Below, in pieces: positions 49,752 through 59,630 of a stretch of 64,000 bases of DNA. Within the stretch, counting starts at the first letter, position 1. Every line of letters begins with the position of its first letter. The DNA comes from an uncultured Veillonellaceae bacterium (GTDB taxonomy: Bacteria > Bacillota > Negativicutes > Veillonellales > Dialisteraceae): assembly GCA_927353735.1 (NCBI GenBank), contig CAKMIA010000008.1, forward strand, positions 212 to 64,211, written 5' to 3'. The notes under the pieces were generated by a model, which worked only from the letters and a program-made list of their open reading frames with translations, did not search any database and had not been told where the DNA came from. Position numbers and translations under genes: made by a program.

Positions 49752-51299
49752 TTATTCCTTCGGTTCCACCGGCGGCTGGCCGTTTTCCGGCACCGGAGCC
49801 GCAGCACCGGTATCGCCGCCGTCCCGCCTGGCACAGTCCTCGGCACGGCGTTCTGCCGCGCGTTCCGCAGCCTTTGCCCGGAAATCCTCTGCGGCCGCAC
49901 GAAGATTTTCCTTCGCTTCTCCGGCAGTCTTTTTCGCGGTTTCCTTATATTCCTTGACCTTGTCCTGTACCTTTTCGGACACTTCTACGGCGCGGGCCTT
50001 CGTTTCCTCAGCCTGCTCCTCCGCCTGCGCCCGCATATACATGGCCTTCACCCGGGCCTGCGCCATGCGGATGCGCGCCTCTGCCTTGGCCTGTTCCGCC
50101 CGGACCCGCGCTTCTGCGGCACGGATATCCGCCTCGCGGCGCAGCTTGCGGCTCTTTTCCTTCACCGCTTCCATCTGTTCCTTCGCCTGCGCGGAGAGCT
50201 CCTTCGATTTGACCTTCGCCTGCTGAGACAGCTCTTTGGACTTTACTTTGGCCTGTTCCGCCAGTTCTCTGGATTTTACCTTCGCCTGTGCGGACAGATC
50301 CCGGGCCGCCTCCACAGCGGTCTCCTTTGCCACCTCGGACACGCCGATGGCCATATACCGGGCCTGCTCGATCTGCTCATCGGTGACACCTGCCTTTTTC
50401 AGCGCATCCAGGAACCGCTCCGAAGCCAGTCCTGCGGCCTCGCTCAGCCGGCCGGACAGCTTGCCGAACGCCTCATGGGCCTGATCCGGATAGAGCTTCT
50501 TCGTCTCCGGTTCCTCGAAATGCACGGTTTCATCGCCCAGCGGCTGTTCCTTTTTCGGATTTTCCTTCAGTTCGTCCACGTTCTTCTCCCCTGCCTTCTT
50601 TTCTTCCTCGAACACTTCACGATAGGGCTTCACATCGTCGGGCATGCCGTCCTTGATCCATCTCTGCGCCGCCCGGCCGATGCCGTAGGTGACGCCCACC
50701 GCGATGGGCACCTGCATGACGGCAATGGGAATGAGCGTCGCCGCCAGACTCCCCGCAGCCGTACCGCCGAGGGAGCCGATGAAGGACAGCACCACCTTGT
50801 CGGAAAGCTTCACGCCGTAGGTCTCGCCGAGGCGGACGATCATGTAGACTTCATTGGCCATGAGCGCTGCCGTGCCGAGCACCGGCGCCACCACGATGAG
50901 GCCTGCCCGGGCCGCGGCCCAGCGGATGAGGCTTTCCGCCGCATCATCCCGGTCGTCGCGGATGTCCACTTCAATCTCCGCTTCCGGCAGATCAAAGGGC
51001 TCATCCATCTCTGCACGGCTCTCCGCCGCTTCCGCCTCAAAGGCCTCCTCCGGAGACGGTTCCGGTGCGGGCACCTCCGCCGGGACGGCGGACGGCTTCT
51101 CTGCCACTGCCGCTTCCGGCTTCTCCATCACGGGAGCCGCCGGCTTTTCCACCACCGGCGCTGCCGGTCTTTCCGCCACCGGAGCCGCCGGACGCTCCGC
51201 CACCGCCGCTGCGGGCTTTTCCGCCGGCAGAGACGGTCCGTTCTCTATGATTTTTTCATCGCTCATGTCTATCCCTCCAGACTTGCGTATAGTATCCAT
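49752..51299 (-). CDS. DUF697-type membrane protein with a Pro/Ala repeat N-terminus and a long coiled-coil C-terminus
   Basis: Central block LIRWAAARAGLIVVAPVLGTAALMANEVYMIVRLGETYG...GSLGGTAAGSLAATLIP resembles DUF697 (YcjF-like). It is flanked by the repeats annotated separately. Confidence 0.6.
   Translation of the reverse strand: MDTIRKSGGIDMSDEKIIENGPSLPAEKPAAAVAERPAAPVAERPAAPVVEKPAAPVMEKPEAAVAEKPSAVPAEVPAPEPSPEEAFEAEAAESRAEMDEPFDLPEAEIEVDIRDDRDDAAESLIRWAAARAGLIVVAPVLGTAALMANEVYMIVRLGETYGVKLSDKVVLSFIGSLGGTAAGSLAATLIPIAVMQVPIAVGVTYGIGRAAQRWIKDGMPDDVKPYREVFEEEKKAGEKNVDELKENPKKEQPLGDETVHFEEPETKKLYPDQAHEAFGKLSGRLSEAAGLASERFLDALKKAGVTDEQIEQARYMAIGVSEVAKETAVEAARDLSAQAKVKSRELAEQAKVKSKELSQQAKVKSKELSAQAKEQMEAVKEKSRKLRREADIRAAEARVRAEQAKAEARIRMAQARVKAMYMRAQAEEQAEETKARAVEVSEKVQDKVKEYKETAKKTAGEAKENLRAAAEDFRAKAAERAAERRAEDCARRDGGDTGAAAPVPENGQPPVEPKE
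50181..50310 (-). repeat. 33-bp in-frame tandem repeats (3 full units plus a partial), encoding (VKSKELSxQAK)n
   Basis: Units at 50181-50213, 50214-50246 and 50247-50279, with a partial fourth. Translated: VKSRELAEQAK / VKSKELSQQAK / VKSKELSAQAK. Confidence 0.85.
51078..51224 (-). repeat. 24-bp-period in-frame repeats encoding (AE[KR]PAAPV)n
   Basis: AEKPAAAV AERPAAPV AERPAAPV VEKPAAPV MEKPEAAV AEKPSAVP. Confidence 0.8.
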
Positions 51300-51364
51300 C
51301 GTTCCGAGGCCGGGTGCCTCTTCTGCTTTTATTATACCGGAAAATCGAAGCCTGTATACAGGTT

Positions 51365-52093
51365 TTACCAGTCCGTCAGACCGCCGTCCACGGGCAGCAC
51401 GCTACCGGTGATGAAAGAGGCCTTCTCCGAGATCAGGAAGGCGATGGCCTCGCCCACCTCCTCCGGCCGACCGATGCGTCCCAGCGGATACTGGGCGGCC
51501 ATGTCGTCCTCGGTGCCGCCGTACCGGGTCATCTGGGCCGCCAGCAGGGGCGTCCGGATGTCGCCGGGAGCCACGCAGTTCACGCGGATACCGTATACCG
51601 CCAGCTCCAGCGCGAGCGACCGGGACAGCGCCAGCACCGCCCCTTTGGTCGCGCCGTAGAGACTGCCCTGCACATTGCCCTGCACCGCCGCATCGGAGGC
51701 CACCGTGACGATGCTCCCCCCGTGGGATTTCATACGGGGAATGCACGCCCGCAGGAGATACAGCACGCCGCATACATTGGTGGCCAGACAGGTGCGAATC
51801 TCCTCATCCGTCACATTTTCCAGCAGTCCCTCCGTATACATGCCGGCGGCGGCCACCACGGCGCCGATGGTCCCTTCCCGGGCCGCCCGGGCAGCGGCCG
51901 CTTCCACGGAGGCCGCCTCCTGTACGTCGCAGGCAATGAACGTGCTCCCCGGCACAGCCGCTTCGGCGGCCTGCCCCTTCTCCGCATTCCGTCCGAGCAG
52001 CACCGTGCGCCACCCGTCCCGGGCCAGACACTGTGCCGCTGCCAGACCGATGCCCGACGTGCCGCCGGAGATCACCGCGATATGTCCGTCCAT
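51365..52093 (-). CDS. SDR-family oxidoreductase
   Basis: Contains ISGGTSGIGLAAA (TGxxxGxG), NVCG and YGATKGAV (YxxxK). Confidence 0.88.
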   Translation of the reverse strand: MDGHIAVISGGTSGIGLAAAQCLARDGWRTVLLGRNAEKGQAAEAAVPGSTFIACDVQEAASVEAAAARAAREGTIGAVVAAAGMYTEGLLENVTDEEIRTCLATNVCGVLYLLRACIPRMKSHGGSIVTVASDAAVQGNVQGSLYGATKGAVLALSRSLALELAVYGIRVNCVAPGDIRTPLLAAQMTRYGGTEDDMAAQYPLGRIGRPEEVGEAIAFLISEKASFITGSVLPVDGGLTDW

Positions 52094-52104
52094 AGGTCCT
52101 CCTC

Positions 52105-53151
52105 TCAGTGCGTCAGAGACGAAGCGTATACAAAGGTGATGCCCTCGGCCTGCAGCTCCGGCACGATCTGCCGGAACGCCTCCGCCGTATGGGGCCGACA
52201 GTGGCCGATGATGACCACGCTGCCGCCGGAGGCCGCCATGCGCGCCCCCTTGCGGATCATCGCCTTGATCTCCTCCACGTCGGTGGAATTGTCCACGAAG
52301 AGCTCGTTACGCACATAGGGCACGCCGTATGCCGAGGCCGCCGCATCCGCGGCGGTGGTGCTGTTCGTCGCGCTGTCCAGGAAAAACATTCCCCGCGCGG
52401 CCAGCGCCTTCATCACATTGTTCATGGTCGTGCGGTGAATGGTCGCCTTCGAGCCCTGGTGGTTGTTCATGCCCACGGCCTGCGGGATCTGCGAGAACGA
52501 ATCCTGCAGGACCGCCGCCTGCTGGTCCGCCGTCATTTCCGTGGACAGGAAAACCGGCTCAGCCGCCGCGCCCGACACGGATTCCATGGGCTGATGGATG
52601 ATGACCGGCAGTCCCGCCGCCGCCCATTCCGCCGCCGCCTGCGATGTGGACGGCTGATTCGGCATCACCGCCAGCGTGAGGGGAATGCCCAGCGATTCAT
52701 ACACCCGCTGGGAGGCCAGATCCCGTCCGCCGTCATCGATGACCACAGCCAGACGGCCCGAGAGCCGCTCGCCGGACGAGGCCGCCGGCGCCGCTTCCGT
52801 CCGCTTCTTTGCCGGCTCCGCCGCGGTCTGCCCGGTCCCGCCGGACGTTTCCTCTTTCACCTTCTCCTTCACCGTCTCGGGGATGTCCTTCCCGACGATG
52901 CGCTTCACCGGAGCCGCCGCTTCCTCCGCGGTCTCCCGCACGGTGTCGAGCACCTGCTCCACCGCGCTCCTCGGCGCCTGTGCCACGGGGATCTCCTCAT
53001 CCGCCGGCGCCTGCGACGTGAAATAAATAGCGGCCGCTGCCGCGGCAATAAAAAAGAGCAGCGAAAACAGGAATCGTCCGCCGCCGCTCTTCTTTTTCCG
53101 CGTGCGGCGCACCGACTTCCGTACTGCCGTTTTTCGTTTTCTTTCCGTCAT
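52105..53151 (-). CDS. Divergent polysaccharide deacetylase family protein (YibQ-like), membrane anchored
   Basis: N-terminal basic/TM anchor, then LAVVIDDGGRDL...PLTLAVMPNQP...VIIHQPME...MNNHQGS. Confidence 0.75.
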   Translation of the reverse strand: MTERKRKTAVRKSVRRTRKKKSGGGRFLFSLLFFIAAAAAAIYFTSQAPADEEIPVAQAPRSAVEQVLDTVRETAEEAAAPVKRIVGKDIPETVKEKVKEETSGGTGQTAAEPAKKRTEAAPAASSGERLSGRLAVVIDDGGRDLASQRVYESLGIPLTLAVMPNQPSTSQAAAEWAAAGLPVIIHQPMESVSGAAAEPVFLSTEMTADQQAAVLQDSFSQIPQAVGMNNHQGSKATIHRTTMNNVMKALAARGMFFLDSATNSTTAADAAASAYGVPYVRNELFVDNSTDVEEIKAMIRKGARMAASGGSVVIIGHCRPHTAEAFRQIVPELQAEGITFVYASSLTH

Positions 53152-53282
53152 AGAGACTCCTTCTGCCGCTGCCCGCGGCCTGTATTTCTCCTATTATAGC
53201 AAAGTTTTTCCCCCGCGGAAGGCCGCGCCCGCTGTGCTATAATGGGGACAGCTCCTTTTTATTTTGCAAAGAGGTGAAACCT

Positions 53283-54233
53283 ATGTCTTTCAAACTCGCA
53301 GTCATCAATAAACTTTCACCGGAACGCATCGAAGCGCTGAAGAGCGCCGTTCCAGGTGCGGAAGTGGTGGCCTTCTCCTCCATGAAGGAAGCACTGCCTC
53401 AGCTGGGTGATGCCGACGCGGTCGCTATGTGGGGATTCCAGGACGCGGAGCCCGTGCTCGCCGCCGCTCCTCATGTACGCTGGGTGCACTCCCTGTCGGA
53501 CGGTGTGGAAAAACTCCTCACGCCGTCCATGATGGAACGGCCCATCATCCTCACCAATTCCCACGGCGTCCATGACAAATCCGTTTCCGAACACACCATG
53601 GCCCTCCTCCTTTCCTGGTTCCACCGCATCCCTGAGGCGGTGCGCAATCAGGACGCCCACCAGTGGAAGCGTCCCAAGGGAGACATCCTTTACAAAAAGA
53701 AGCTCCTCATCGTCGGCTTCGGCGGCATCGGCCGGGCCGTAGCGGAAAAAGCGCGCGTCTTCGGCATGTCCGTGGGTGCGGTGAAGCGGAGCCGCACGGA
53801 CGAGCTCTTCGCCGATGAGGTGTTCAGCACCGAGGACATCATGACCGCGCTCCCCGCAGCGGACGTCATTCTGGCCGCGCTTCCCGCCACGCCCGATACG
53901 GAGCGCTTCTTCGACGAGAAAAAATTCGCTGCCATGAAGCCCGGCGCGCTGTTCATCAATGTGGCCCGCGCCTCCGTAGTGGATGAGGACGCGCTCATCG
54001 CCGCCCTCCGGAGCGGCCGCCTCGCCGGTGCGGCCCTCGACGTATTCAGTAAGGAGCCGCTTCCGGCGGATCACCCCTTCTGGGATATGCCCAATGTGAT
54101 CATGACGCCCCACACCGCGTCCATGACCCCGGATTTCTGGGACCGCCTCCTCGATCTGCTCCGGGAAAATTTCATCGCCTTCAGCCTCGGCCAGCCCATG
54201 CTGAACGTGATCGACAAGAAAAAAGGATACTGA
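53283..54233 (+). CDS. D-isomer-specific 2-hydroxyacid dehydrogenase family protein
   Basis: ATG 53283 lies 6 nt after AGAGGTG (the track uses GTG 53274). NAD motif GFGGIGRAVAEKA and catalytic region NVARASVVDEDAL...TPHTAS. An extended -10 element TGCTATAAT lies at 53235-53243. Confidence 0.88.
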   Translation: MSFKLAVINKLSPERIEALKSAVPGAEVVAFSSMKEALPQLGDADAVAMWGFQDAEPVLAAAPHVRWVHSLSDGVEKLLTPSMMERPIILTNSHGVHDKSVSEHTMALLLSWFHRIPEAVRNQDAHQWKRPKGDILYKKKLLIVGFGGIGRAVAEKARVFGMSVGAVKRSRTDELFADEVFSTEDIMTALPAADVILAALPATPDTERFFDEKKFAAMKPGALFINVARASVVDEDALIAALRSGRLAGAALDVFSKEPLPADHPFWDMPNVIMTPHTASMTPDFWDRLLDLLRENFIAFSLGQPMLNVIDKKKGY

Positions 54234-54239
54234 AAATCA

Positions 54240-54272
54240 AAAAAAGCAGGAGAATAGATCTCCTGCTTTTCT
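54240..54272 (+). terminator. Terminator of the 2-hydroxyacid dehydrogenase gene
   Basis: agcaggaga (54245-54253) pairs with tctcctgct (54259-54267), followed by a T-run. Confidence 0.75.
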
Positions 54273-54277
54273 GCTGC

Positions 54278-54314
54278 AAAAAAATCCCCTCCCGGATGGG
54301 AAGGGGATTTTTTA
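54278..54314. terminator. Terminator of the aminotransferase gene (bidirectional hairpin)
   Basis: aatcccctccc pairs with ggga(a)ggggatt (54283-54309), flanked by an A-run and a T-run. Confidence 0.75.
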
Positions 54315-54323
54315 TGGCCGTTC

Positions 54324-55523
54324 TCAGGCCTTGTAATTCTTGATGGCATCGCCCAGACGCTTGATGCCTTCTTCAATGACGGCTTCGTCATTGTAGGAGA
54401 AGTTCAGGCGGAAGTAGTTCTTCTTCTTCGAAGCAGGGAAGAAGCTGTCGCCCGGTACGAAGGCCACGTTGTTTTCAATGCAGGCCAGCAGCAGCTTGCG
54501 CGCATCGATGGATTCGTCCAGTTCCACCCACAGGAAGAGGCCGCCGTGCGGATAGGTGCACTTCACGTTTTCCGGGAAGTACTTCTTGATAGCTTCGCAC
54601 ATTGCGTCGCGGCGCTTTGCGTAGAGCTTACAGTTGTCTTTGATATGATCTTCGAATGCATAGTGGGTCATGTACATCGCGCATTCACGCTGGGTGACAC
54701 ACGGCGTGGACAGGTCGGTGGAGCCCTTTACGAGGTCCAGCTTTGCCATGATCTCATCATTGGCAACGAGCCATGCGAGGCGCATGCCAGGAGCGAGCGT
54801 CTTGGAGAACGTGCCGGAGTACATCACGAGATGCTTCGGGTCCATGGAAACCAGCGGCGGAATTTCATCGCCTTCGAAGCGGAGATCGCCGTACGGATTG
54901 TCTTCAAATACGGGGATCTCATACTTCGTTACCAGATCCATCAGTGCCTTGCGGCGTTCCAGAGACCAGCAGATACCGGTCGGGTTCTGATAGTTCGGAA
55001 TGACGTAGATGAATTTGATCCGGTCGGTGGTGGTGATGATCTTTTCCAGTTCTTCCGGGATCATGCCCTGATCATCCGTGGGAACTTCCACGAATTTCGG
55101 CTGGTTCAGTGCGAAAGCACCGATAGCGCCCAGATAGGACGGGCTTTCGATGAGGACAACGTCGTCCTTGTCGAGGAATACACGGCCCACCATATCGAGG
55201 CCCTGCTGGGAACCCGTGGTGATCATCACGTGCTGCGGGTCCACCTTGTCCATGCCCATCGGACCATACATGCGGTTCATACGGTCGGCAATGGCCTGAC
55301 GGAGGCCCATGAAGCCCATGGACGGGCCGTACTGCATGGCGCCTGCGCCGTCTTCTTCACGGACTTTAATGGCGCATTCGGTCAGTTCCTTCAGCGGGAA
55401 CGTAGCCGGAGCAGGAAGACCCCCTGCGAAAGAAATGACTTCCGGTTTCGCGGTGAGCGCCAGCAGCGGACCGAGATCGGAGCCTTTGATTGCTTCCAGA
55501 GTGCTGGAAAAACGAATTGCCAT
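54324..55523 (-). CDS. PLP-dependent aminotransferase (class I/II fold; LysN/2-aminoadipate-aminotransferase-like)
   Basis: Start at ATG 55523 with a GGAGAG SD (MAIRFSSTLEAIKGSDLGPLL...ISFAGGLPAP). PLP-lysine motif SGTFSKTLAPGMRLAW. The track ORF is over-extended to 55688. Confidence 0.85.
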   Translation of the reverse strand: MAIRFSSTLEAIKGSDLGPLLALTAKPEVISFAGGLPAPATFPLKELTECAIKVREEDGAGAMQYGPSMGFMGLRQAIADRMNRMYGPMGMDKVDPQHVMITTGSQQGLDMVGRVFLDKDDVVLIESPSYLGAIGAFALNQPKFVEVPTDDQGMIPEELEKIITTTDRIKFIYVIPNYQNPTGICWSLERRKALMDLVTKYEIPVFEDNPYGDLRFEGDEIPPLVSMDPKHLVMYSGTFSKTLAPGMRLAWLVANDEIMAKLDLVKGSTDLSTPCVTQRECAMYMTHYAFEDHIKDNCKLYAKRRDAMCEAIKKYFPENVKCTYPHGGLFLWVELDESIDARKLLLACIENNVAFVPGDSFFPASKKKNYFRLNFSYNDEAVIEEGIKRLGDAIKNYKA

Positions 55524-55741
55524 AAGACATCTCTCCTTTATTTCAAGTTTTGGAAACCTTGAAACACCTTCCGTCCACCGGAAAACCGCCCGAAGCCGAC
55601 GCCCCGCCGGCAGAATTCTTAAAACAGATAAATGCACCGGGATTTCCTTAGTAGTCCTATTGTAAAACCGGCCCCCGCGCCGTGTCAATTCTTTACCGGA
55701 GGAAAATCTCTTTCATTTTTCCGTCTCCTTTTCTGCACAGC

Positions 55742-55768
55742 AAAAAGCCCCGGAGGGAAACCGGGGCT
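55742..55768 (-). terminator. Terminator of the rbs operon
   Basis: Minus strand: AGCCCCGG, loop TTTCCCT, CCGGGGCT, then T5. Confidence 0.8.
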
Positions 55769-55826
55769 TGTATCCGCTTGCGCGGCGATTCAAGTTGTCG
55801 TATGGGAGCCGGGATACCGGCGTGGA

Positions 55827-56750
55827 TTACTGTTTTTCTACGAGTTTCAGATCGACGGCGATGTTCTTGTCCACCGCTTCGCCTTTGACGATCTTCTGCG
55901 CGATCTCTACAGCGACTTCGCCCATCTTGTCAGGCTGCTGGGCAATGGTAGCTGCCATGTCGCCGTCCTGAATGGCTTTGATGCCGTCTTCCGTGCCGTC
56001 GAAGCCGATGACAAGGATGTCCTTGGACGCGCTCTTGGCTGCGCCGATGGCGCCGAGAGCCATTTCATCGTTCTGTGCGAAGATGGCTTTCACGTCAGGA
56101 TTGGCCTGGAGGATATTTTCTGCAACGGTGAGGCCCTTCGTGCGGTCGAAGTCTGCGGACTGTTTCGCGAGGACTTTCAGCTTCTGGTCAGCGACCTTAT
56201 GGAAGCCTTCGCCGCGTTCACGGGTCGCGGAAGCGCCGGGGATGCCTTCCAGTTCAGCAACGGCTGCCTGTTCGCCCAGTTTCTGTACGATGTATTCTGC
56301 TGCCATTTCGCCGCCCTTGACGTTGTTGGAAGCGATGTGGGTGACGACTTCGCCCTTGTCAGCGGAGCGGTCGATGGTGATGACCGGGATCTTGGCTTCG
56401 TTGGCTGCGATGACGGAGTTGGAGATGGCTGCGGAGTCAACCGGGTTGATAATGAGCACATCGACCTTGGATTCGATCAGGTCGGTGACGTCGTTGGACT
56501 GCTTGGCCGGATCGTTCTGTGCGTCGACGATCTTCACTTCCACGTTGGCCTTGGCAGCAGCGTCTTCGACGCTCTTGGCCATGGTAACGAAGAACGGATT
56601 GTTCTGGGTGGAAACGGCAAAACCGATGGTGACTTTCTTGTCACCGGAAGCAGCGGCTTCCTTCTTATCAGAGGAACCGCATCCGGATACAGAGACGAGC
56701 GCTGCGCCGAGCAGGCAGGCGATAACTAATTTTTTCAGCAATGGAAACAA
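55827..56750 (-). CDS. rbsB: Ribose ABC transporter substrate-binding lipoprotein
   Basis: Lipobox LVSVSGC, then KVTIGFAVSTQNNPFFVTM...DVLIINPVDS. Operon context with rbsKDAC. Confidence 0.9.
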   Translation of the reverse strand: MFPLLKKLVIACLLGAALVSVSGCGSSDKKEAAASGDKKVTIGFAVSTQNNPFFVTMAKSVEDAAAKANVEVKIVDAQNDPAKQSNDVTDLIESKVDVLIINPVDSAAISNSVIAANEAKIPVITIDRSADKGEVVTHIASNNVKGGEMAAEYIVQKLGEQAAVAELEGIPGASATRERGEGFHKVADQKLKVLAKQSADFDRTKGLTVAENILQANPDVKAIFAQNDEMALGAIGAAKSASKDILVIGFDGTEDGIKAIQDGDMAATIAQQPDKMGEVAVEIAQKIVKGEAVDKNIAVDLKLVEKQ

Positions 56751-56758
56751 CCTCCTTA

Positions 56759-57694
56759 TTATTTCTTACGATCCATGAGAACTGCGAGCAAAATAACAAT
56801 CCCTTTGACAACTTGCTGGTAGAAGCTGGAAACATTGAGGATATTCAGCCCGTTGTTGAGCGTGCCGATGATGAGGGCGCCGATGAGGGTGCCGGAGATG
56901 CGGCCTTTGCCGCCGGAAAGGCTGGTGCCGCCGAGGACGACGGCAGCGATGGCGTCCAGTTCGTAACCGGTGCCTGCCGTAGGCTGCGCGGAGTTCAGAC
57001 GGGCGGTGAGGACCGCGCCGGCAAGAGCACAGAGCAGACCGGTGATGGCATAGGATAGGATCTTGATGCGGTTGATCTTGATGCCTGCGATATAGGAGAC
57101 CTTTTCATTGCCGCCCACCGCATAGGTCTGACGTCCGAGAGGCGTCTTGTTCAGGATGAAGAGCAGAATGAAGAAGGCGATGAACATGAGGATCGCCGGG
57201 ACCGGGATGCCTGCCACGTCGCCCTGACCGAGGCCGGTGAAGATGGGATCTTCGGTGAGGCCGCTGATCGGATTGCCGTTCGTATAGACCAGCGTGGCGC
57301 CGCGGTACACGGTCATGGTGGCGAGGGTCGCAATGAAGGGAGCCACCTTGCCGTAGGCAATGATGATGCCGTTCACCGCGCCGAGGCAGAGGCCGATGAC
57401 GGCCGCCACGACGACTGCCATTTCCGGATTCATGCCGGAGGTGATCATGCTGGCCAGGAGTGCGCTGGAGAGCGCGAGGATACTCCCGACGGACAGGTCA
57501 ATGCCGCCCGTAAGGATAACGAAGGTCATACCGAAAGAAATGAGCGCATTGATGGAGACCTGACGGAGCAGGTTGCTCAGGTTCGACGGAGAAATGAAGC
57601 GGTCGTTCAGCATGGCAATGACCGCAAACAAAACGATAAGTCCGATGAGAGGCCCCATTTCTCTCAGCAGATTTTTAGCTTTTGCAGAATTCAT
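56759..57694 (-). CDS. rbsC: Ribose ABC transporter permease
   Basis: 311 aa. Multi-TM, BPD_transp_2-type (FVILTGGIDLSVGS...). Confidence 0.9.
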   Translation of the reverse strand: MNSAKAKNLLREMGPLIGLIVLFAVIAMLNDRFISPSNLSNLLRQVSINALISFGMTFVILTGGIDLSVGSILALSSALLASMITSGMNPEMAVVVAAVIGLCLGAVNGIIIAYGKVAPFIATLATMTVYRGATLVYTNGNPISGLTEDPIFTGLGQGDVAGIPVPAILMFIAFFILLFILNKTPLGRQTYAVGGNEKVSYIAGIKINRIKILSYAITGLLCALAGAVLTARLNSAQPTAGTGYELDAIAAVVLGGTSLSGGKGRISGTLIGALIIGTLNNGLNILNVSSFYQQVVKGIVILLAVLMDRKK

Positions 57695-57697
57695 TAA

Positions 57698-59179
57698 TTA
57701 TTCCCCTCCAGTTGCCAGTGTAATGATCTTCTCCTGCGTTGCTTCCTTGCGGGAGAGAATGCCTGCGACCTGTCCTTCATGGATGACCATGATGCGGTCG
57801 CTCATGCCGAGGATTTCCGGCAGATCGGACGATACCATGATCAGAGAAACGCCTTCTGCGGTCAGTTCATTCATCAGATCATAGATATCCTTTTTCGCGC
57901 CTACGTCGATGCCGCGTGTCGGTTCATCGAGGATGAGGAGCGACGGATGCATGCCGATCCATTTGGCGATGACCACTTTCTGCTGATTGCCGCCGGAGAG
58001 ATTTCTTGCTTCCTGATAGATGTCGGTGGTCTTGACGCCGAGCTTGTCGGCGAGGATCTGGCAGAATTCATATTCCTTCTGAGCGTTGATGCAGCTGTAG
58101 TTGGCAAAATTCTTTTCGCTCGGGAGGGCTATATTTTTCAGAATGGAAAAGTCGAGGATGAGGCCCTCGGTCTTGCGGTTTTCCGTGATGAAGCCGAAGC
58201 CCTCGCGGATGGCGTCCAGAGGATTCTTGATGTTGATCTCCTTGCCGTGGAGATAGACTTTACCTTCCTTGTGGGGATCGACGCCGAAGAGGGCGCGCAT
58301 GATCTCCGTACGGCCGGCGCCCATCAGGCCCGCCACGCCGAAGATCTCCCCTTTCTTCACGGAGAAGGATACGTCCTGGAATACGCCCGGCTGGGTGAGG
58401 TGTTCCACGCGGAAGACCTCCTCGCCCGGCGTGACCGTGCGGATCGGGTAATATTCGGAGATTTCCCGGCCGACCATGTCCTTGACGATCTGGCTCATGG
58501 TGGTCTCTCCTACGGGCTTGCTGCTGATGGTCTGGCCGTCACGCATGACGGTGATGGTATCGCAGTTCCCGAAGACTTCCTCCATGCGATGGGAAATGTA
58601 AATAATGGCCACGCCCTGTGCCTTCAGCCGGCGCATGACCTCGAAAAGACATTCCGTTTCCCGTTCCGTCAGGGCGGCGGTCGGTTCGTCCATGATGACC
58701 ACCCGCGCATCGAGCAGAAGGCTTCTGGTGATCTCCACCATCTGCTGCTGGCCTACGGAGCAGTTTCCTGCAATTTCATCGAGAGGCAGCTCAATGCCGA
58801 TATCCTGGCATTTCTTTTCCGCGATCTCCCGCATTTTTTTGAAATCAATGAATCCGAATCTCGTTTTCGGCCGCTTCACCGGAAACAGATTTTCCAGCAC
58901 GGACAGATTCGGCCAGATGTTCAGCTCCTGATGAATGAAGGCAATGCCGTGGTCCTCGGCGTCCTTGTTGTTCCGAAAGACCGTGGGCTTGCCGTCCACT
59001 TCGATCGTGCCGGCGTCCGCCTTGTGAATCCCTGTGAGGATATTCATCAGCGTGGATTTCCCGGCGCCGTTTTCCCCCATAAGCGCCTGGACTTCGCCGG
59101 AATGGAGATGCAGATTGACGCCGCGCAGCACCTGGTTCGTGCCGAAGGATTTGCAGATCCCTTTCATGTCGATTTCCAT
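57698..59179 (-). CDS. rbsA: Ribose import ATP-binding protein (duplicated ABC ATPase)
   Basis: GENGAGKSTL in the first domain, LSVGQQQMVEI and LSGGNQQKV signatures in the two domains, and VIMDEPT/LILDEPT Walker B motifs. Confidence 0.92.
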   Translation of the reverse strand: MEIDMKGICKSFGTNQVLRGVNLHLHSGEVQALMGENGAGKSTLMNILTGIHKADAGTIEVDGKPTVFRNNKDAEDHGIAFIHQELNIWPNLSVLENLFPVKRPKTRFGFIDFKKMREIAEKKCQDIGIELPLDEIAGNCSVGQQQMVEITRSLLLDARVVIMDEPTAALTERETECLFEVMRRLKAQGVAIIYISHRMEEVFGNCDTITVMRDGQTISSKPVGETTMSQIVKDMVGREISEYYPIRTVTPGEEVFRVEHLTQPGVFQDVSFSVKKGEIFGVAGLMGAGRTEIMRALFGVDPHKEGKVYLHGKEINIKNPLDAIREGFGFITENRKTEGLILDFSILKNIALPSEKNFANYSCINAQKEYEFCQILADKLGVKTTDIYQEARNLSGGNQQKVVIAKWIGMHPSLLILDEPTRGIDVGAKKDIYDLMNELTAEGVSLIMVSSDLPEILGMSDRIMVIHEGQVAGILSRKEATQEKIITLATGGE

Positions 59180-59225
59180 CTCAATACTCTTCCTTCCTTA
59201 ACGTGTTTCCTCTGAAGAGGTCCGA

Positions 59226-59630
59226 TCAGATGATGCAGCCGGATTCCAGCACCACATTGGAGAACGGCGTGTTTTCACCGGTGCGGATGACGGCCTTGGC
59301 GCCGTTTTCCATTTTCTTTAGCGCTTCATGGCTGTCGAGGACCGCCCATTCCACCTGATCTTCCGGGAATACTTCGTGGAGTGCCTTCCACTGCTCGGGA
59401 TTTTCCGTTTCCGTTTCCGGAGCGACGTAGATCTTCTGGATGATCATGTATTTTGCCACTTCCCGGACGACGTCGATGAATTTCGGTTCGCCCAGACGGA
59501 GCGCCAGGTCGATCTTCGGCGTGCCCTGCGGCACCGGAAGGCCGCAGTCTCCGATCACGAGCTGATCTGTATGGCCCATATCCGCCAGTACCTTGGCGAT
59601 GGAGCTGTTCAGGATTCCTATTTTCTGCAT
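59226..59630 (-). CDS. rbsD: D-ribose pyranase
   Basis: MQKIGILNSSIAKVLADMGHTDQLVIGDCGLPVP is typical of RbsD. Confidence 0.9.
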   Translation of the reverse strand: MQKIGILNSSIAKVLADMGHTDQLVIGDCGLPVPQGTPKIDLALRLGEPKFIDVVREVAKYMIIQKIYVAPETETENPEQWKALHEVFPEDQVEWAVLDSHEALKKMENGAKAVIRTGENTPFSNVVLESGCII

